Assembly: GCA_964016885.1 (NCBI GenBank)
Contig: OZ024740.1
Span: 3,534,001-3,598,000 of the forward strand
DNA: 64,000 bases
Direction: 5' to 3'
From: Eledone cirrhosa
Taxonomy: Eukaryota
Shown here: positions 40,770-53,609 of the stretch, piece after piece
Layout of the letters: each line of letters starts with the position of its first letter
Numbering within the stretch: position 1 is the first letter of the stretch
The notes under the pieces: generated by a model
What the model was told of the DNA's origin: nothing
The model's database searches: none
Seen by the model: only the letters and a program-made list of their open reading frames with translations
Position numbers and translations under genes: made by a program

Positions 40770-41422
40770 TAAATGAACTAAGGGAGAAATTAGAAATAAG
40801 AGGGATCAGATGTTTTTTACTCGAGAGAAGACTACGTTGGTATGGTCACGTGATGAGCATGAAAGACGACAGCTGTATAAAAAAAGTGCAGGGCAATAAA
40901 AATAGACGGTAGCCACGGAGTAGGCACACCCAGAAAAACTTGGGACGACTTGATAAATTCCGACCTCACACACTTACACCTCTCCAAGACAATGTCACAG
41001 GACCGAGATCTTTGGCGCTACACAGTAATACAGAAGACCCGCCTTGCCTAAGTACAAAGTGAAACCTACTACAGTCAGTAGGCACCTCTTAACAAAAATG
41101 CATCCCCGCCCTACCACCCCCACCACATCCACACCACCCCTTTCAATGTAAAGTTATGTTGGTACCACAACATCCAGCCCGAAATAAATGAGGTCGTATA
41201 GGTGTCACGACAAAAAGACACAGTCTACGCTGTAATGTGGCCGTGTAGGTAACACGGTAAAAACCTCCCAGTCCACACTGTAAATGTGGTTGGTGTTAGG
41301 AAGGGATCCAGCCGTAGAAAACCCGCCAGACAGTCCTATGCGAGCAAGACAACCAATCTTGCCTCAAGTGGGAAAATTCCCGTCCAAACCAATGCAAGAA
41401 GCGTGGAAGATGGACGTTAAAC

Positions 41423-41476
<54 letters not shown>
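40770..41476 (+). mobile_element. RTE LINE 3' fragment of the 17876-22426 family
   Basis: Reverse complement of about 17876-18550 with substitutions; long (GAT)n tail. Confidence 0.9.
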
Positions 41477-41562
41477 ATTACAATCGTTTCTCTGGTGACC
41501 GGCTCGAGGCACAATCGATGCGGTGATCGAACCTGACTCGGAAATCGCAGGATCCTCAGATA
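41476..41562 (-). ncRNA. Hammerhead ribozyme candidate with expanded stem II
   Basis: Minus: tat CTGAGGA [about 60 nt] GAAAC gatt GTA ata; stem II pairing is uncertain. Confidence 0.5.
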
Positions 41563-41598
41563 CGTTTCGATCTTTCGAAGCAGAGTTTCCAAATTACT

Positions 41599-41659
<61 letters not shown>

Positions 41660-41660
<1 letters not shown>

Positions 41661-41875
41661 CATCATCATCATCATCATCATCGTTTAATGTCTATCTTCC
41701 ACGCTAGCATGGGTTTGACAGAAGTTGTCCCACTTGAGGCAAGATTGGTCGGGTGACCGTGTCTCGATTGTATAGGACTATCTGGAAGGTTTCTTACGGT
41801 TCGATGCCCTTCCTAACACCAACCACATAAAGTGTGAACTGTTACCTACACGGCCACATTACAACGTGGACTGTT
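41660..41875 (-). mobile_element. RTE-type 3' UTR/tail fragment
   Basis: (CAT)n, CCCACTTGAGGCAAG and GATGCCCTTCCTAACACCAACC shared with the RTE 3' UTR. Confidence 0.7.
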
Positions 41876-41958
41876 TTTTTCCCCTCCCTTTTCTTTTTCC
41901 CTTCTCTCTTTCCTTATATATATATATAATAGAAAGTGAACAACACAAAATATAACTA

Positions 41959-42026
41959 CTCCATAACCAAAGGTTTCTGGATCCTAGACAATATTAATAT
42001 ATGTCTGGATCAGTCATCAGACAGAG
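41959..42026 (-). ncRNA. Type I hammerhead ribozyme inside an inverted repeat
   Basis: Minus: ctctgt CTGATGA ctgatccagaca..tgtctaggatcca GAAAC ctttg GTT atggag; flanked by TAGAAAGTGAACAACACAAAATA and its reverse complement. Confidence 0.7.
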
Positions 42027-42125
42027 ATGTTATTTTGTGTTGTTCACTTTCTAATTAAATAACTCTGTTCTCTACATAGAGCACTCTTTTTCCATTGCTT
42101 TTTCTTCAGAATTACCTAACATATA

Positions 42126-42684
<559 letters not shown>

Positions 42685-42687
42685 CGA

Positions 42688-42831
42688 AGCATATGGCTTA
42701 GTGGTTAGAACATTGGTCTTGCAATCGAAAGGTTGTGAGTTCAATTCTCAGACCGGGTGATGTGTTGTTTCCTTAAGCAAGACACTTTATTTCATATTGC
42801 TCCAGTTTACTCAGCTGTAGAAATGAGATGA
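42688..42831 (+). mobile_element. SINE family B 5' part, inverted relative to 42302-42449 across about 220 bp of (TA)n
   Basis: TGGCTTAGTGGTTAG..GAGTTCAATTCTC..GCAAGACACTTTATTTC. Confidence 0.8.
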
Positions 42832-42985
42832 TATATATAATTATATAGAAATAGAAATAAGGATGAGGGTAATATTATATATTACCCGATTACCAGTAAG
42901 GTAAGTAGCTCAATGTAAAATATCAGATATAATACAGAGCAGAAATACAACATAAACAATCAGATGGTGTTTAAGGCATTTAATA

Positions 42986-43030
42986 GCTTACAATCGTTTC
43001 ATCCAGATATAGGTCTGGATTCATCAGAGC
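42986..43030 (-). ncRNA. Minimal type I hammerhead ribozyme
   Basis: Minus: gct CTGATGA atccaga-cctata-tctggat GAAAC gatt GTA agc. Confidence 0.85.
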
Positions 43031-43270
43031 ATATAAAGGTTAAAACAAATATATTCCTAATCATTAGAACATTCAACAGGATACAGTGAAGACTAATTAT
43101 AGGTGTTAATTGCAATATGTTAAAGAACAAGAGCAAAAGAAAATTGAACAGGTATGAAAATAGTAATGAAATATTATAATGAAAAATTGTATTAAAGCTA
43201 TTAAATACCTTTCGTATTTATAATTATATATAACTCATATATAAGTATAAATATTATTATTATTATTATC

Positions 43271-43310
<40 letters not shown>

Positions 43311-43477
43311 CAATATGTAGAGAAGATAACACACCAGAGAGAGAGATGGTGCGCCATCAGTCAAACAGGGAAAAACCACCAGTGTATGGAATCTATAGCC
43401 CATGGAAGGTAAATTAGACACATAATAATTAAAAGTATAAATCACAGTGCAAATACGTACCTTGATAACTATCTAAC

Positions 43478-43560
43478 ACACACGTACAAATCCAACAGGA
43501 TCTGTTTCGCCAACTAATTTGTTGACAGAAATGATTAGCCTATGGTTCATCAGCGTGTGT
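43478..43560 (-). ncRNA. Type I hammerhead ribozyme with stable stem III
   Basis: Minus: acacacg CTGATGA acc..ggctaat..attagtt-ggc GAAAC agatcc-tgtt-ggattt GTA cgtgtgt. Confidence 0.8.
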
Positions 43561-43815
43561 AAGGCTATACATTTCAGACAACACTAAAAGTATCTAAAGT
43601 GACCGTCCAGTCACACGTGGTAGAGAGAAATTCACAGTGTGCCTAGGGTAGCAACCAGTGGACTTTGAGGGATGAGCTGCTAGAAAGAGCAGCCCAAACC
43701 ACTCAGAGAAGTGTGCTCAACCAAACAGAGAGAGAGAAGGTACTGTTATAAGGAGCGAAATATCACGATAAATTAACGGAGCCACAGACTCTCGCTATTC
43801 CCTGTCATTAATGTG

Positions 43816-43925
<110 letters not shown>

Positions 43926-43959
43926 AAAACTTACCTCTTAATTTTAAATCTTTAATTTT

Positions 43960-45990
43960 TAGTTTCCCTCATCTACACACCCAGATGAAGAAATCATGAG
44001 TTATATGACAACATACATGCCATTATAGATAAGACACCAAAGAGAGATCACCTCTTTCTGATGGGTGACTTTAACTGTAAAATTGGGCAACTGAACGAAT
44101 CATTCCCATCAAGTATTGGGAAATATACCACAGGTACATTTAACTCGAGAGGCGAGCTTCTAGCCGAATTTTGTACGAGGAACAATATGCAGATCACCAA
44201 CACAATATTTCAAAAGAAAAACCTCTTCACTTGGATATCACCAGACAGTATAACTAAGAATCAAATAGACTTTATAATAGCAAGAAAATCTTCAGCAAGA
44301 CTAAGCATATTAGACAGCACTGCTCTTAACACTCCTGATATATCTGACCATCGTATGGTATGTACAAGATTTCATACTAACTTTGTTTGGCCACAAAGAA
44401 CTAAAATACCATCGGAAGTTAACTTAGACAAACTCTCATGTAACGAAACAGCAAGCCGATTTAAACTCTAGTTGCAAAACTGCTTTTCAGCTTCTGAAAG
44501 ATTTATGATACTATCTGCAGAGGCATAAAGGAGATATCTGAAGAGATTTTACCTAAGGAAAGCCTTTCCACTCCACAATGGGTGTCACAATAAAGAAAGA
44601 AAGCAATATCTAAAATCCATAGAATCAGAAGAGAATGTGGCCACACATCAGCCCAATATAGAATAGCAAAGGCTGAATCCAAAAAACTCGTTAAATCAGA
44701 CAAATTTAAGCAAATGTACATTGAGGAGCTGAATAACCTACAACCCAACAGGTTACATCATGGTGTTCTGGAGAGACTAAAGACTAAACCAAGAAATCTT
44801 AGCTGGGGCATTAAAGATTCAAACGATACTATCCTTACTTCCAGAGATGATATCCTTGAACGCTGGGCTAAATTCTATGAAGAACTGTACTTCAGCAACT
44901 CAGAACCAACAACCATTCATGATTCGACATCAGATGCCTTTCCATCTATCTTAGCTAGCGAGATATCTCATGCCATCAAAAATTTGAAGCGGGGGGCAAA
45001 AGCCCTGGACTGGACAACATATACTCAGAATTCATCAAAGCTGGAGGTGAACCAATTATCAAAGCACTTCAACATCTCTTTAACTGTATTATCACTACAG
45101 GAAAAAGCCCAGGCATGTTCAAGAAATCATTGATAGTTGTACTCTACAAAAAAGTTAGCAGACTTGATTGTGGGAACTATCGTCCTATCAGCCTACTGAG
45201 TCATGTTTACAAGCTGTTCATGAGTATCATTGCAGCATGAGTGAAGTCAGACCTTTACGCCTCATTTCCTGAAACACAAGCTGCGTATCAACCTGGTAGA
45301 GACACCATTGAGCAGATCCTAGCTATTGAACAAATCATTGAGAAATCAATAGAATTCAACAACCCTGTGCACATCACCTTCATTGACTTCACAAAAGCTT
45401 TTGACAACGTGAAACTACCTAGCTTGTGGCAACTCTTAAACAAGACCTCAATTAACAAAAACTACACCAACCTATTGAAAGAAACTTACACCAACTCAAC
45501 AGCATATATCAAAACTGATTTGGGAACTACATGCTGTATAGACATCTCGAAGGGAGTTAAACAGGGGAATGTACTATCAGCACTTCTTTTCTGTATAGTT
45601 ATAGCTGCACTTATTTACCAAACTGAAGAAGAATGCTCCTCTGGCTATCAAATAAGAGGTAAAATCCTATCAAATCTTAGATATGCAGACGATCTGGCCA
45701 CCACGCGTTACTCTAGAACTGATCTGCAAGACTTTCTGAATGTACTGGCCAAACATTCGCTGGAGGCTGACTTACACATCAACATCTCCAAAACAAAATG
45801 TATGACAACTGATAAAACAATGCCAATCTCCAACTCACAATCTACAAACAGTAAATTACTCAAGTTACAGAGTTTGTATATCTCTGTCACAAACTATCAT
45901 CAAACAACAATGGAATGGTTGCTGCACAGTATCACATCACTCTAGGTGGGGCAGCTTTCAACAAGAACAAGGAAGTAATAAGAGAACATG
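43960..45990 (+). mobile_element. Degraded LINE (probably RTE clade, distinct family), APE plus RT
   Basis: MGDFNCKIG, NQIDFI, SDHRMV, ERWAKFYEELY, FIDFTKAFDNV, GVKQG, YADD; several stops and frameshifts. Confidence 0.88.
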
Positions 45991-46009
45991 AGAAATAAAT
46001 GATATTAAA

Positions 46010-46700
<691 letters not shown>

Positions 46701-46814
46701 CCCTAAAAGAGTAGTAGTCATAGGCTAGGAGGTAAATTTGCACTTGTGTCTCCTAACCAATATGTCAACCTTATGTCTCCGTCTGCCCCACCCATGTACA
46801 TGATCCTCTTTCAT

Positions 46815-47070
46815 ATCCTGACATGAAAACAGCTACTGTCCTAGCAAAACATGTATGGAACTAAAGGAGAAAGGTATAACTCATAAAATAAAATGGAGAA
46901 TACTAGAAAAGCCCAGTCCAAACACCAATGGATCAAATAAATGTGAGCTCAGTGCCAGTGAAAAGCAGAATACCTCAGGGCTTAGAATCTTCCAATGAAT
47001 ACCTCAATTCCAAAAAATGAGATTTTCAAGAGCAGGTGGCATTAAAAAGAATATTTACATTCTTTGTGAA
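46815..47070 (+). pseudogene. Penelope GIY-YIG endonuclease C-terminal remnant
   Basis: Manual translation with frameshifts: TVLAKHVW/LKEKGITHKIKWRILEK..NKCELSASEK..LNSK/NEIF..H, the PLE C-terminal pattern. Confidence 0.65.
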
Positions 47071-47478
47071 AACACCAACCACTGAATATACAACCTACAC
47101 AACTAGATGCACAAGATTCACTTCAAAAACACCCTAAGACTCTTTACATGCTTAAGAACTATTGACATAAAACTTCCCTTGCCCTGAACACACCACCTAT
47201 ATAAACTCCTATCATATTCTTCTTATCTCATTTTCTCCTCTTTGTATTATAAGACCTAAATATTTACTCATTTTACCAGTTAGATGCAATGAGTAAATCC
47301 TTTTAATCCTGGAGTTACCTCCCTTTCACCAATTATAAGTTTTCTGTTCCTTCCCTCCTATCCATATGCTAAACCTCACCTAGATACTTTGTATAGCATT
47401 CATCAGAAGCTATGGCCAACAAACATCAGTTGCACTCATCTACATTTGTCAGACATGAAACCTAAGGTTGCACATGGA

Positions 47479-47548
<70 letters not shown>

Positions 47549-47877
47549 ACACACGTGTGTGCGTGTGTTGCTCTTAATTAACACTAAGATGTTTCCTTCC
47601 CAATTAACTGGTATGGAATATTCAAGATATAAATTTAATGAGGACGCCAATCATTATTTCTATTTTTTAAACATTCCTACTTTCGTCTGACTTTGCCAGT
47701 ATTTCACTGTGAAGTCACAGACATTGCCGTGTATTTAACAGGTTCAATTCATTCTCAGCCACATCGTTTCAGATTCTCTTCTACTGTGTGTCTTCTAGTA
47801 TAGCCAAAAGTTAACCAATGTCAGTGGAATTTCATTGACAGAGACAGCAAAGGAATGGTAATATTGGTCTGGATGAT

Positions 47878-47928
<51 letters not shown>

Positions 47929-48013
47929 TGAGAATGAGACCAAATACTGTTAATTATATATTTTAATTAACGCACGTTTCTTCCATCTTATCTGTTTTCG
48001 TATTTGAAAATGA

Positions 48014-48078
<65 letters not shown>

Positions 48079-48177
48079 AAAATTATAATAATATAAAATT
48101 AAATTGTTTAGAACTACCAGTCATTCTTTTCCTTTTTTCGAATATAACGAACTGTACCAAGGATTTCACACATTTTC

Positions 48178-48225
<48 letters not shown>

Positions 48226-48229
<4 letters not shown>

Positions 48230-48289
48230 AAATAAGATGGTGAGGTTACATATATCGATATATGTAACCTCAGCATCTTATTTTATTAT
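48226..48289. repeat. Short near-perfect palindrome beside (TA)n
   Basis: ATAAAATAAGATG-GTGAGGTTACATATAT-CG-ATATATGTAACCTCAG-CATCTTATTTTAT. Confidence 0.85.
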
Positions 48290-48378
48290 TTTATAAAATT
48301 CTCCATCGTAACTAAAACAACGATTGTTGAGAGCTTTCTCCTGTTTACTCCTGTTTTTACCAAAACAATCTCTTCTGA

Positions 48379-49208
<830 letters not shown>

Positions 49209-49567
49209 TATATATATATCAAAAATTAAATTAAGGTTGTCATGTCTGAGAGACATGCGCCATGTTCACTGCAGAGTAAGCTCAAAAATTCCAATGAATA
49301 GATCCGAGCATTTTATGTGTGCTGACACACTTTACAAATTATTCCCTGAGATTGTTTCATGTGTTTATTTTATATATATATGTGTCAATCTATTTCTAGT
49401 TGATATATATATATATATAAATTTTGAGTATATGTTGGTTGTTTACCAACACCTCAGTATGCAGATTGGAGCACTCGGCGAAGTACGCAGGTTGGTTACT
49501 CCGGAGTAATGTAAAATAAAATAATTAAGTCAAATATTTAAAATTTGGCTTCGTTTATTAAAGGTGT

Positions 49568-49622
49568 ACTGCTATATATATTTCGGTGACAGCCATCCTT
49601 GTCTGTGACCTCTTCAGGCAGT
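49568..49622 (-). ncRNA. Type I hammerhead ribozyme (inverted partner of 49667-49721)
   Basis: Minus: actgc CTGAAGA ggtcacagacaaggatggctgtcacc GAAAT atat ATA gcagt. Confidence 0.8.
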
Positions 49623-49666
49623 CCGAATTGGTGCGGTAGAGACAGGTACACATGTGTACCTATCGG

Positions 49667-49721
49667 ACTGCCTGAAGAGGTCACAGCCAAGGATGGCTGT
49701 CACCGAAATATATATAGCAGT
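49667..49721 (+). ncRNA. Type I hammerhead ribozyme
   Basis: actgc CTGAAGA ggt-c-acagcca-agga-tggctgt-c-acc GAAAT atat ATA gcagt. Confidence 0.87.
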
Positions 49722-50046
49722 ACACCTTTCATAAACTAAGCCAAATTTTAAATATTTGACTTAATTATTTTATTTTATTTTATATATATATATATATAAA
49801 ATCATTATCATTATTTTTACATCAACTTTTGCACACTGTCATGGGTTGGACTTGTTGAGGTAATGTTTTAGTTTTAGACCAACTGTTTTAGTTGCTTCTT
49901 ATGATGTGCAGGAATATATATATATATATATAACCAAAATTAAATTAAGATGTCATGTCTGAGAAACATGTACCATATCCAACGTAGAATAAGCTCAAAG
50001 ATTCCAATGAATAGATCCGAGCATTTATATCAACTAGAAATCGATT

Positions 50047-50107
<61 letters not shown>

Positions 50108-50604
50108 AAATATTGAGCATATTCTACAGAGGTTATGGTGCATGTTTCTCAGACATGACATCCTTAATTTAATTTTGGTTATATATACGGCTCCTTAATT
50201 GTCGAGCTAACTCAGTTGAAAGGACTTGGCTGCTATTTCTAGCTGTCGATAATCCTACTCACGCCACTGGGATGACGTTGGTATGATGTGTGTAGTTTTT
50301 AAAAAAAATGCAACACGTGCTTCTAGTCATTCACAGATTTGACTTTGCTGTGTAAACACAGATAATTAAATCTTCTCCTTTGCTGACGATCAGGAATTTG
50401 ACTACTGTGATTTACAGATTAATGGTGAAATATATGCAAGGAAGATTAATCATTTTAAAAGGTATCTATATTTGAAGTTCTAGTTAAACTTTAATTAGTT
50501 ACCTATCTAGCTGTGTGTGCTTACACACTTTACAAATTATCCCCTGCGATTGTTCATGTTTATTTTATATATATATATGTCAATCAATTTCTAGTTGATA
50601 TATA

Positions 50605-51110
50605 TCATCATCATCATCACCGTTTTACGTCCGTTCTTCCACGCTAGCATGGGTTAGATGGATTGTCCTGTTATGGGCAGTGTCCGGTCGGCTGACCTTG
50701 TCTTGCTCATACGGGAACTGATTCTGGCTTGATTTCTACAGCTGGATGCCCTTCCTAACAACCTCATTTACAGTGAGTGATGGGTGCTTTTTTTCCATGG
50801 CACCTACACGTCCACTTTACAGTGTTGGCTGGGTACTTTTTTGCCATGGCACCTCCACGACCACTTTGCAGTGGGAGGGGGTGGCGGCATATTGTCTATA
50901 TGCTTCAGCCTCGGCTTTTACCCGTGGGGGGTTGGGTCTTCTGTATTACTGCGTGACGCCAGAGGTCACGGTTGTGTGTCATCGCCTTTGAGAGATGTAA
51001 TTGGTTAAGGTCGGCTTTTATCACCTCAATCAGGTCTTCTTGGGTATCCCCATTCCGCGGTTTCCATCGACTTCTAGTGCTCTGCACCTTTTTATGCAGC
51101 TGTCATCCTC
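50605..51110 (-). mobile_element. RTE LINE 3' end remnant
   Basis: IKADLNQLHLSKAMTHNRDLWRHAVIQKT plus 3' UTR and (GAT)n tail. Confidence 0.8.
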
Positions 51111-51111
51111 C

Positions 51112-51147
<36 letters not shown>

Positions 51148-51343
51148 ATATATATATATGTGTGTGTGTGTGTGTCTGTGTCTGTTTGTGTGCGCTTGGT
51201 TGTGCAGTTAAGAAGTTTTCTTCACAGTCACATGATTTCGGGCATCATTCCACTGCATGAATTATTGAGCAAGTATCTACTGCTGTAGGTTCGAACTGAC
51301 CAATGCGTTGTGAATGAATTTGGTCAACAAACTATATAAACCC

Positions 51344-51420
<77 letters not shown>

Positions 51421-51844
51421 ATATGTGTGTAGATATACATGTCTGTTTACAAACAACACTTTATCAACAATGCTTAAAGCAACAGATGAGACAACATAAT
51501 CAATTTGATACCAGTTATAAACTAGGATTGGTCCAATCAACTGAAATATTTATCTGCAAATAAATAGCATTGTCTCTCCTCAAATAAAATTCATATTATT
51601 TTGCAGAACCCCTAGTTTGTCTGGGAAGTCAGTAGTCGCTCTGACTTGGTCTATATAGACCTGTATAACCCTTGCTACCAGTAGCCACCACTACAGTACT
51701 GTACTAATGTACTGTTTTCTCTTTGTTGATATCTGTTTCCTTTAACTTAATGTAAACCCCACTGTGTTGTCTCCAACATTTTTGGCCCTCATGGCCAATA
51801 AAAGAAACTATCATTATTATTATTATTGTTATAATCACAGGTCA

Positions 51845-52230
51845 GAGGATTGGCAGTATAGGTAGATTGTCAGACAATATGCTTCACGGCATAGAGTTAT
51901 GGTCCTTTACGTTCTGAGTTCAAATCCAACTGAGGTTAGCTTTGCCTTTCATCCTTAAAGGGTTTATAAAATAAAGTACCAGTAACACACTGGGGTCGAT
52001 TTAATCGACTTTCCCCTCCCCTTCTTGTGCCTATATAAGAAACCATTTTGGCAGTATCGGTAGAGGGTCAGGCACCATGCTTTGCAGCAAAGAGTTACGG
52101 CCCTTTATGGTCTGAGTTCAAATCCCGCCGAGGTTAACTTTGCCTTTCATCCTTAAGGGGTCGATAAAATAAAGTACCAGTAATGTACTGGAATAATTGC
52201 TGGCCTTGTGCCAAAAGTAGAAACAATTAT
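51845..52230 (+). mobile_element. Two tandem SINE family A copies
   Basis: Same head, B box and core as 24968-25150. Confidence 0.8.
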
Positions 52231-52624
52231 TATCATCAGAGCTCTGCTTGACAACAGTAACTAAGCTACTCAGTAATTCTTCATCTCACCACTGGGACCA
52301 ATAATGTTAGATTCTGTGGTTTTGTTTTTTCCTTGTGTTTCTGACATTGTCAACACATCTAAAGGACTTGACATTCTGATGACAGAAGGACTACAGCATA
52401 CTGTGCTTTCTGAACACATACATACCAACTTACATAAACACACTGACACACACACACACACACACTAGACATACTGGGAGTGGATTGTGAACACACTCTC
52501 ACACTGACACACACGACATACTGGGAGTGGATTCTGAACACAAACACATACACACACAAATTCACATAAACACAAACATGCTCTCACACACACATACACC
52601 TAGCATAATGTAAGTAGATTTTGA

Positions 52625-53075
52625 ACACACACATACACACACACTACATCACACCCACACCACATCACACACACACCACACCACACACCACAGCACACCA
52701 CATCACACACACACCACACCACACCACATCACACCACAACACACCCACACCACACCACACCACACCCACACCACACCACACCACACCACATCACACACAA
52801 CACATCACACACACCACATCACACACACACCACATCACACCACATCACACACACCACACACCACACCACACCACACCACACCACATCACACCACACCACA
52901 CCACATCACACACATCACACACACCACATCACACCACACCACACCCACACCACACCACATCACACCCACACCACACACCACACCACACCACACACACCAC
53001 ATCGCACACAACACATCACACACAAAACATCACACACACACCACACCACACATCACATCACATCACACACATGCA
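52625..53075. repeat. CACAC/CACAT microsatellite
   Basis: Direct reading. Confidence 0.9.
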
Positions 53076-53609
53076 CACATCAGGTCTCACATAGATACAA
53101 AGATGACATAGATGATGATGATGTGGAAGTAATTCCTTTTGTTTTATTTACAGTTTATTGAAAGAGGTAAAACAGTGGTGAATGACGATATTCCAGGCCT
53201 GCAACACTGGTTAGATATCCTTAAATACGCCCAATAAAATCTTGCAATAGAGTCCCACTACAGACATCTAAAGTCAATGTAGTTGTGATAAATGAAGGGA
53301 TTGAGTCTATCTAATGAGTCTCAGCAGGATTTGAGCTTAGAATACAACCACATTCTATGTGGCTAGTTGTGGCATTTAACACGTCAATATAACTTAACCG
53401 CTAACTTTACTTCTGCAATGCTAGTATAGTCACTGCCTCTCTCCTGCTAATCTCTCACGAGTATAAGAAAAAGAGGGCCCATGTGCTGGCTGCCCTGTGG
53501 CCCCAACAGACGGAATAGAGAAGGTATTTCCTGAGAAGATGGCGAGGGAGATGCATTGGAAGAGTCATTGCAGCTCACGAGATTCACATCTGTAGGTAGC
53601 CAACTCCAT

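Noticed and set aside
52370-52420. CTGATGA followed by a hairpin and GAAC
   Set aside because: Lacks GAAA, NUH and stem I
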